Part shown: positions 53,879 to 64,000 of the stretch, piece after piece
How the letters are laid out: each line of letters opens with the position of its first letter
Numbering within the stretch: position 1 is the first letter of the stretch
NCBI RefSeq assembly: GCF_006345805.1
Contig: NC_043000.1
Span: 116,746,001 to 116,810,000 of the forward strand
Direction: 5' to 3'
Length of the DNA stretch: 64,000 nucleotides
Source: Octopus sinensis
Taxonomy: Eukaryota
The notes under the pieces: generated by a model
What the model was told of the DNA's origin: nothing
Database searches by the model: none
What the model saw: only the letters and a program-made list of their open reading frames with translations
Program-made: the position numbers and the translations under genes

Positions 53879-54608
53879 TGTGAATTTCATTTCATTTGTT
53901 ATCATTATAGTTCGAGCAGTTTGAAAGTATTTCCTTGATTTTTCGTTTCCGTTTTTAAACTATGCTCATGTTCTTCAAAATACCTCATGAAGAAGAAAGT
54001 GAAAATGGATCGAAGACTTTTACTGGAACAAAGTCTAAAAAAAAAAACACTGAATTTGTAATAAAATTTCCAAAAAGAAAAACAGTCAGCTTTAAATTTT
54101 TTCTTTTCATAATGCTAATGATACTCTTTGAAACCACAAGAAAATGGTAAAATTAATTATCTAGGTTCTATAAACACAAAAAATGTATACAATACTATTT
54201 TGAACAGGGAATAAACTTTTCATCTTCAGCTATTTATAAATATGCGTCGACCACTGATTAGTCTCCGGAGCAGCAATAATGAAATTGTTGTAAGTGATGC
54301 CAACAAAATTTTGATGTGATTTTTTTCAAAAGAAAATGAGGAATCCAACTAAAAGAAAAGTAAAGCTTTTTATATAACTGAGAAATCCATCACAACCATT
54401 TAGTGTTCAAGTTTCCCTATGGCAAATATCGCATGCAACTCGTTGAGGCAGCTTTTCATCTAGCGAATGACAGGCTTCCTATTGCCAACCTTCACTTGTA
54501 TCCATGCAAGCTAATATTTTCCCATAGGTAGAGATGTTTTTCACGAAAGGCTGGAAAGAAAGAAACTCGCTTCTGTGAAGTTGGTGATCCTAATTTAACA
54601 ATTATAAG

Positions 54609-54711
<103 letters not shown>

Positions 54712-54899
54712 ATAAAGAACTTTTTGTAAAGTTCCTACTGATAATGGTTCTCTTTCCAAACTGAAACTACTTGGTGATAATTATTTATTTTAAAAATTAA
54801 TCATTATTTACCCTTATATTATTTATGAATTATATATAAAATAGTGAAACAGATAAGTTCATCCCAAATTCTTTGTAAACTCCTAAATATATCTCCTTC

Positions 54900-54936
<37 letters not shown>

Positions 54937-55392
54937 TACTAAAATATAACCTTTTTGAACTTATAATTTTCTTCCAAACAAACATGATTTTTAATGAAAT
55001 TCTAATATTTTTTATGAACATTTTAATAATTTCTCAAGATTTTTTTCTGTAAACTGTTTTTAGCATTTTCTTATTACTATCAAAGAATGTATGTATGTAT
55101 TGTAATTTTTTGTGCCTAATATTTGAATGAAATTTTTTAATATTTTCCCAAGATTTTTCCTTGTTAATTGTTTTTAACATGTTCTTATTATTATCAAAGA
55201 ATGTATATATGTATTGTAATATTTTGTGACAACCAGTACCTAACACAACAATGCTTTTACATGTTACTTTTTGACAATATTTTCTAAAAAATGAAACCGG
55301 TCAAGTGAATAAACATCTTTTTAAAAATTGCATTTTCAAACATTCTTTCATATATAATTCCACTCGTGCGGTACCTTACAACTTCACTTTGT

Positions 55393-55479
<87 letters not shown>

Positions 55480-58195
55480 ACATGTATGTATATGTATAAA
55501 TGTTTATACGTATACATATACATAATGTATGTATATACACATATATATATGTGTATGAGTGTGTGTATACATGTATGTGTATATATATATATATATACTT
55601 GGAAATGGATGCGTGGTGTTCAAGCATGTAATAATATAAATAATATATATATGTATTCATCTGTACATACATATACGTACATAATTACATATATATGTAT
55701 ATACATATGCATATATGGGTACAGGGCGTCACAAAACGTAAAATACGAAAATATAGAATACGAACTCATTTGCGAACTACTAAAGAAACAAAGGGAAAAA
55801 ACGAGGCATATAACATAAAGAATGACCTTTCTTCAGTTGTCGGCTTATCTACTCCATATTTCGAGCCAATACGACAAAATATACTTTCAAGGAAACAGTT
55901 GTTCACGCAACCCAAAATGAAATTTAGGATTTGCGGAAGTTTCATAGTTGGTAACAAAAACAGGAAAGTGAAAACAAAACAGTGAGGGCTGCTAAGCCAT
56001 GACGAATATATATGTATATACACATATTTACCCATATATTTCGTAAATTCGAGCGCATATATGTCGTAAATTCCAGCACATATGTCGATACATACACACA
56101 CACAGACGTACACATATTTATATGAATCATATATGAATATATTCTAACCAATACGTACTGACACCAGATGATACGAAACTAATGCGATTGAGAAGTGAAT
56201 CAAAGTAGAAAAACAAAGGCTGGGACGAACGATTTTGAGTGGCATACGCAATTTCAGCTAAATCAATCCTTATATACGCTTATAGACATGCACACACATA
56301 AAGAGATGATGATATAGAAGATACAACAACATAAAGGAGAAATATATAAAGAGAAGAGAGAAAATAAGAAAAATAAATAAGGAAAAACGAAAAGCGGAAG
56401 GAACGGACATTCGAAGCAATGGTGACATTCAATTAAGCAGTATTCATATCATGTGAAAGCTTTAAATTACTCGGTGAAAATCCATGACATTTTCTAAACA
56501 TACTCTCGTCAAATAAACAAAAGCATAATGAGACGCGGGAAAAAGAGAGACCGCCATCAAAATGGCGACTGTTTGTTTTTCGTTAAGATTCCCAAATAAG
56601 ATTTAATGAAGTCTTTAGTAATACCATTCCCTTCCAATAGTAATATCGTTTTAAGGATAAATGATTCTTTTAAATAACTGTCTATTTGTATTGAATGAAT
56701 CATTTCGATAAAAGTAGAGATATGTTTAAAGTGAGCAAAATGATTTGCAATCTTGAATGAGTAACGTTGATTGGATTATTTGGAATTCTGTTTCATTTTC
56801 ATTTGTTCTTTTCTGTATTTTTCCTGTTATGGCAGATTTGGGTCGGTCTCTTCTTGCGTTTTATTTATATTTTACATAGTAAACACTTAGGAAATAATTG
56901 CGAAACATAAGACTATTTGGAGTAGAAAGTAGTATCTATGCTGAGGGGTTGGAGTGAATAGAATTGTTCCTGAAATGATGTCTAATGTCAAATACTGAGG
57001 AATCGATAGCATCAAATCAATTTTTCACATGGCTTGCTACACTTGACCTGTCCCGATAATGACCATAGCTACACGTGCCCACACTGATCTACAAGCACTC
57101 TCATACAGGTATATGATTGTGATAATGTGTATATATATATATATTCATATGTCTGTGTGTGTGTACGTATTTGTGTAAGGGTGTGCGTTTGTGTGAGTGC
57201 ATGTGTGTGTATGTGTGTGGGGGTTTGTTCGTGGTTATGTGTGTGTGTGTGTGTATGTGCGTTTTTGTGTACTAGTGTGCGTGTGTGTGAGCCTCGATGC
57301 GCATTCATCCATCCGTCGATGCTCTCGGTGTCGGGGGTTGACCTGCTTTCTCTTCTGCGGGTTTTACGAATAGCAAAGGACAACGTTTCGGACTTCTACA
57401 GACAATCCTGAGGCGCAATCTTGCGAGCTCTGGGACGAAGACCGCTTCGTTCAACAAACAAACAAGCAGCACAGTTTCTTAGCAATTTATAGGCGCCCGA
57501 GTATTAAATGAAGATCATTTCATTGGTTTTTCATATTTAAGAATTCATATTTGAAGGCGGCGTGCAGGCAAAAATCGTTAGCGCTCCAGGCAATGTGCTT
57601 AGCGGCTTTTGTGCGTTTTTATGTTCTGAGTTCAAATTTCGCTGAGGACAACATCCCTTTTCATCCGCCAGGCTCGATAAAATAAATACCGGTTAAGCAT
57701 TAGGGGCGATGTAATCGACATACCCACTTCCCTGGGGGCGATTTCTTCGGCTAAAGCTCCTTACGGTGGTGCTCCAATATGGCCGCAGTCAAATGACTAA
57801 TGTAAATGAAAGAATAAAAGAATATAAAGTCTTTTGAGTGGCTTTTGTAGACGGAAACTGGAAGAAGCCCATCGTGTATAAATGACGACCGGCATTGGAT
57901 TGTTTCTGTTCCTTTACACATTTATACATACCATGGCTCGTGATACTGTTAGCTCAATATCACGTGAAGAATAAATCTAGTGCTTACATTAAATCTTCAT
58001 TTAGATGTTTTAAACAATTATTAAGTGCTATATTTAAATCAATCGTCGCAAAGGTGTCACGCCGAGCGGCAAAAAGAATCATACGGAAGTGACAAAAATT
58101 TAAAAACCAATATCTGCATGCATGTGTGTGAGTGTGTATGTTTGTGCATGCTTAAGTATATGTACGTATATATATTTATGTATGTGTGTCTGTGT

Positions 58196-58239
<44 letters not shown>

Positions 58240-58695
58240 ATATATAATACTGGTTGCTATTTGCTCATCTAGACTATGAAATATCTCCTCACATAAGTTG
58301 TTATAGCCAGCGGAATTCATTGTATATTTCATTACTTTGTGTTTTGATTATCATTCTAACATTTAAATCACAGCACGCATAGCATCACTATATAACATAT
58401 TATTCGCTAATATATACTTATACATACACTCATATATACATATGTATCTCTATATATGTACATGTAGAGATAAACACACATATATACACACATGCACACA
58501 CACATACACACACGCATATCTTCTTTCGCTGATGACGGAATAGAACGCAATTATAATTATTGCAGTCGATTGATTGCGGGGAAAAAATTGTCATCAGTTC
58601 ATCTGTTCTTGAAACAAAATGCATAACTTCAATACTTCCAGATTTTTTCCCATTGAGATTCAGATACTATTCACGATGACCAGCTAAGCCTACAA

Positions 58696-58790
<95 letters not shown>

Positions 58791-58851
58791 ATAATAATAA
58801 TAATAATAATACAAATAATGATGATTTGGCCCTACCTAAGAGAGTACTAGC

Positions 58852-59068
58852 ATACATCATAAGAATTACGAACATACCTGAACGGTTCTATATTTAAAAG
58901 ATGAGGAATTATGTACGTTATTTACATTATTTTCATTTGACGGATATTTGTCCTCATCTTGTTTGTTGTTAACACAGCGTTTCGGCCGAGATACCCTGCA
59001 GCCTTCATCAGGTGTTTTGGGGAAAATTTTGAACCTGAGTTCTCACTCCTAAGGTATTTTTCGATGTC
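58852..59068 (-). mobile_element. Penelope-like terminal fragment (P6) with a mutated hammerhead
   Basis: AACAC-CTGATGA-A-GGCTG..CGGCC-GAAAC-GCT-GTGTT. Stems I and II are intact; the cleavage triplet is mutated (GCU). Confidence 0.6.
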
Positions 59069-59075
59069 ATTATTA

Positions 59076-59137
<62 letters not shown>

Positions 59138-59249
59138 TTCACTGCTTGGAATCGAACTCGGAATCTTGGAGTTAGTAGTCCTCGCTCTGAACCACTACGC
59201 CATATCCCCGAAGGCATATGGCGTAGCGATCTGAACAACAACAACAACA

Positions 59250-59995
59250 CCAAGAATAAAATTTGGCAGGTACCCCGCCAACTCTTTTCAATATCAGTCT
59301 GTGAGATCACAGTGATTGTGTCAAGAACCTTAGAATAGGTTCTTAACACTACCTTTCTCTCAGAAACATTTGGCAACCACTGTTTGGGGGCCACTACATA
59401 ACAGTATTTTTTGCTGCCATATTGACAAAAATAAATAAAATGGAAAATGTTCAATACAAAAGTTCAAAAATTCAAATTAAAGTCAATAACAAACACAAAA
59501 AAGAATGGAAAGACAGAAGAGAGAAACGGAACGAAAGAAGACAGTTCAAAGGGCAACACAATTTTGCTACTCAGGTAATCCACAGTGTCCTGTCGCAGCA
59601 GAAATTTTCGATTTTGGTTCCGCACAGTTAAGTGAGACATAACAAACAGTAGTTTTCCTGGCTGTTCCAGTACTCCTGGCCAAAAGTAGTAATCCACGGG
59701 CACAAAAACAGTCAGAAATACCAATCAAAAAATATCAGTAAAAACAAAATAATTTTCTGGAGGGATACGCCTCCCAAAACACACTTCTCACAACTAGGTG
59801 AGACCTTAAGCAAGACCACTAGCAGACAAATACATGGAACCCAGTGGAGACCTCTTGTTCGACAAAAAATATATAATACGAGCAACATCCGCCCACTAGG
59901 TCCCAAAAAAGAAAGATGTCTTACCTAGTAGTCGTGTTTCACTATTTCACGAGGCTGACACACACCGACGTGACTACCTCCGTGGAAAAAAACGC
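59250..59995 (-). mobile_element. Possible 5' UTR and ORF1 start of a Tx1/L1-like retrotransposon
   Basis: Non-repetitive, GC-balanced segment. ATGGCAGCAAAA leads by frameshift into VVAPKQ..ERKVVLRTYSKVLDTITVISQTDIEKS. Resemblance is from memory only. Confidence 0.35.
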
Positions 59996-60084
59996 ATCCA
60001 CTCTGTACTGCAGTAAGCGAGCTACTTACCACATAGCCACTCCTACGTCTATGTACATATACATTCATGCATGGAAGCATATAT

Positions 60085-60109
60085 ATATATGTGCGTGTAT
60101 ATATATATA

Positions 60110-60142
<33 letters not shown>

Positions 60143-60505
60143 ATAGATATATATATATATACATATATATATATGTATATATATGTATATATATATATAT
60201 ACATAGATATATATGTATATATATATACACATACATATATATATATATATGTATATATGTACATATATATATGTATATATAATATATATACATATATATA
60301 TATATGTATATACATATATATATATATATACATATATATAGTATATATATATATATATATATAGATATATATATATATATGTATTTATACATACATACAT
60401 ATATATGTATGTATATATATATATATATATATATACATACATACATACATACATATATATATATATATTATATATATTATATATGCATATATATAATATA
60501 TATAT
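60085..60505. repeat. Long interrupted (TA)n array
   Basis: Directly visible. Confidence 0.95.
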
Positions 60506-60952
60506 GTGTGGTGGGTGTGTTGCATAAGATGTGGTATAAATTTATTTTATGAAGTATGCTTCGGGTTTCAAGGTAATACTATATTTCATTACAACACGAC
60601 TTCACCCGAATATATTCTAACTAGATTGAATTATCATATATTATGCTTCCACTTATACTAAGCTTTATTAAATTTTCAGCGTTAAACTTCGAAAACTGAG
60701 CACGCTGATGTGATAGTTACATTGAGACTGATATTACCTGAAATTCACAACATTTCGGTATTTTATGATGTGTTTAAAATCTCGTTTACACAACCTATTA
60801 GGCGAATATTTCCTTCTACATTTCTATATATGTTCGTTGACGAAAAAAATTGTGTGGATGTAATTATAGAATATCGTGAGTTGGAAATATTGCAATTTCC
60901 TCCCGAAAAATGAAATAAAATCTACACACACATACACATACATATATGTACT

Positions 60953-61056
<104 letters not shown>

Positions 61057-61349
61057 CTAATGAAATTAAGTCTTTGGATTTGGCTAGCAGGATATTTGGC
61101 TATTTGAAACACATGACCAGTTGACGTTTCTTAAAAATAGGTAATTATATTTTACATGTGGTCTGCGTAATATATTTTCCAGATCGCAGCCTATTTCACA
61201 TTTTATCATCTAAGATTATGACTCACTGCATAGTATTTGTTAACCATAAATATTTTATTGTTCACCCTCGGGCTATTTTGTCACCACTTTACTGTTTTAG
61301 TAGATGAGACGTGTAGAAAATTATCATTTAGCAAAGTCTGCAATTTAAT

Positions 61350-61410
<61 letters not shown>

Positions 61411-62039
61411 TTATTTATTTATATATGTATATATTTATATACACATGTGTCTGAGTGTCGGTGTGTGTGAGTTGATAATAACACTGAACGCAATATGCAA
61501 CACTCTTTACTAGACTTTAAATTATATGTTTAGGAACGTGATCGTCACTCTGATACGGAAAATGATTTTCTCACTCGGAAAATTAACTTGCGCTAAGCCA
61601 GAGTTAAATGGCATTAAGTCAGAATCAAATCTGACAAAGAGGACCTATTAAAATAATACATACATATATATATATGTATGTATGTATATATTTAAACCGA
61701 TACTTAGTCGGCTTCGACGATGAAGTTTCCGGCTGAGCTGATCAACGGAACAGCCTGCTCGTAAAATTCATCTCAGGGACATTCAGTGGGACACAGGATG
61801 TGACAAGGTCGGTCATTTGAAATACAGGAACTACTGATTTTGCCAGCTGAGTGGAATGGAGAAACGTGAAATAATGTGTTTGCTCAGGGATACAACGCGC
61901 CGTCGGAAGTCGAACTCACGACTGTGAACCGAAAAGTCTATCCACTAAGCCACGCACCTGTATATATATGTGTTTATATGTGTGTGTACGTGTTTGTGCG
62001 TGTGTGTGTATGTGTGTTTATACGTATGTCATTATTCTG

Positions 62040-62330
62040 TTTACTTTTAGATGTGTAGATTTGTATGTTTTATTCTCATGCATATAGATGGATATCAAGG
62101 CATGCTCATATACATTTCAATGATGAACTTCTGGAAAGTTTTACAGATTTTTACAGTTCCAGTGATGGGTTGGATCTGCAGTTTTCGAATTAGCTTTCTC
62201 CTTCCTGGCTTTGAGAAGCCTAATTTCTCAAGATTGGTATTTAGGTAGTGTGTTACATTTCCCAGAGTCCCCATAATTACAGGTAGAAACCTGAACCGAA
62301 GTAAGCATATGTCTTTACTTATGAAAGAGA
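62040..62330 (-). mobile_element. 3' fragment of another RLE-type retrotransposon
   Basis: Minus strand FLPVIMGTLGNVTHYLNTNLEKLGF..LIRKLQIQPITGTVKICKTF matches the C-terminal pattern (PI.IGALG..LQ..GT..I) of the elements at 47-49 kb. Confidence 0.7.
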
Positions 62331-62634
62331 TATGTATTATATAGTCCGTATCCTTCCTTAGAGCATTAAAGACGTGAGAAAAGTGAAAAAGGCTTCAGCA
62401 AAGATTTGAAACCGTAGAGACGGTTTCACCCACTGCGATCCAACATTATACACACAATCGTTTGCCATCAAGAAAACCTGCATAGAAAGCCATATTAATC
62501 TGATCAGTTTCATTTCAAAAAATAAAATTAACGAACGAATAGACCTGATATAAGTAATTGATTATGAAGTTTCACAGGAATCTAGTTAGACATAAATCTG
62601 TTATCTTCAACGCTGTCGATAAAAAAGGAATAAT

Positions 62635-62795
62635 AGGGGCAGAAGTGGGTGTGGTAAGTAGCTTGCTTACTAACCACATGGTTCCGAGTTCAGTCCCTCT
62701 GCGCGGCATCTTGTGTAAGTGACTTCTAGTATAGCCTCGGGCCAACCAAAGCCTCGTGAGAGGATTTAGTAGACGGAAACTGGAAGAAGCCCGTC

Positions 62796-62826
<31 letters not shown>

Positions 62827-63060
62827 TGTGTGTGTGTTTGTGTGTTTGTGGTTGTGTTTCCCCCTCCAACATCACTTCAAAACCGATGCTGGTCTGTTTA
62901 CGTCCCCGTAACAATTAGCGGTTCGGCAAAAGTGACCGATAAAATATGTGCTAGGCTTACAATGGATAAGTTCTGGGGTCGGTGTGCTCTAATAAAGGCG
63001 GTATTCCAGCATGGCCGTAATCAAATGATTGAAACAAATAAAAGAATAAAAGGATTAAAG
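62635..63060 (+). mobile_element. Complete tRNA-derived SINE with internal microsatellite and LINE-type tail
   Basis: Head GGGGCAGAAGTGGGTGTGGTAAG..GAGTTCAGTCCC, (TA)n(TG)n centre, tail GGCGGTATTCCAGCATGGCCGTAATCAAATGATTGAAAC, then an AAAAGAAT repeat. Confidence 0.88.
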
Positions 63061-63477
63061 AAAGTATGAATTCCATCGACATGATTAGTTATGCTTTTAG
63101 CATAAATAATTACCTTGCACTAATTACTTTAGATTATTTCATATTTGTACAGTATTTACTTAATCCATGTGGCAAGGATTGACATCGTTATGTTTTGCTG
63201 TGCCTTCATGTTGTGCCTGCTAAACATGATCCTAAATGAAGGTAAGATAAAACGGTGAATTCTCCGTCGGTCGTGATGATGAGTATCATTTACTTCGTCA
63301 CCAGGGGCTTTTAGTCAATTAACGATTATACGAACGAGGGTTTCACCGAATGATTTAAAGTGACACAACACGGTTACTTTGGGTCTTTGAATTTACAAGT
63401 AAAATTCTGAGAGAAAGAGAGGATAACAGAGAGAATCTACACCAGCAGTGAACTGGTACTATATTTAAAGATCCTAA

Positions 63478-63695
63478 GGCGGCGAGCTGGCAGAAACGTT
63501 TGCACGCCGGGCGAAATACGTAGCCGTATTTCGTCTGCCGTTACGTTCTGGGTTCAAATTCCACCGAGGTCGACTTTGCCTTTCATGCTCTCGGGGTCGA
63601 TAAATTAAGTACCAGTTACGCAGCGGGGTCGATGTAATCGACTTAATCCATTTGTCTCCTCTCTGTTTAGCCCCTTGTGGGTAGTAAAGAAATAT
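63478..63695 (+). mobile_element. Well-preserved tRNA-derived SINE
   Basis: GGCGGCGAGCTGGCAGAAACG..GGGTTCAAATTCC..GTCGACTTTGCCTTTCAT..TTTAGCCCCTTGTGGG. Confidence 0.88.
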
Positions 63696-64000
63696 ATATT
63701 TAATGATCCTGAAAGAATGCAATGCGTACAGTGACACCAGGAAAAATTCAAAAGTAAAAATTCAAAAGGGAAATGACTATCACGAATAACTGTATCAGAC
63801 GCTCTGATGACTCTCAGTTTACTGTCTTGTAAGGCAGAGTAGACAAGCTCCGGGTCGAGTTCAAAAATTTAGCTCTCAGATAAATCGATATATTGCAGCA
63901 ATTAAATATTAATTATGACAGTGCACCGACTACAATGCCTCACGTAGACGTCTGTACTGCAGTGCGCATTTTATGATTTAAAGTAGCAGAGTTCATGGTA

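Overview
This is AT-rich animal genomic DNA dominated by microsatellites and transposable elements. The SINE families and extreme (TA)n density suggest a coleoid cephalopod, probably Octopus (inference). No host protein-coding gene is securely recognisable, and almost all ORFs in the track are translated microsatellites. Real coding sequence is all transposon-derived: a near full-length CR1-group LINE (CCCH-finger ORF1, APE+RT ORF2; 36850-40562) with two extra 3' fragments; a near full-length R4/Dong-type RT+RLE retrotransposon (43819-47367) heading a same-orientation stack of four such elements in a (TAA)n array; two mariner elements; and a pogo-type MITE. There are many tRNA-derived SINEs. 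The most interesting signals are in RNA structure. (1) Several apparent foldbacks or palindromes embedded in (TA)n turn out to be Penelope-like termini carrying divergent pairs of type I hammerhead ribozyme motifs with palindromic stem III. (2) A full-length U6 snRNA copy is fused directly to a LINE-type 3' tail. (3) The CR1 LINE, a major SINE family and the U6 chimera share a 3' motif ending in a covarying stem-loop. (4) A 5S rRNA fragment abuts a SINE head. A weak chain of minus-strand exon candidates lies at 8.8-22.4 kb. All calls were made by eye; family names are inferred from motifs, not from database searches.
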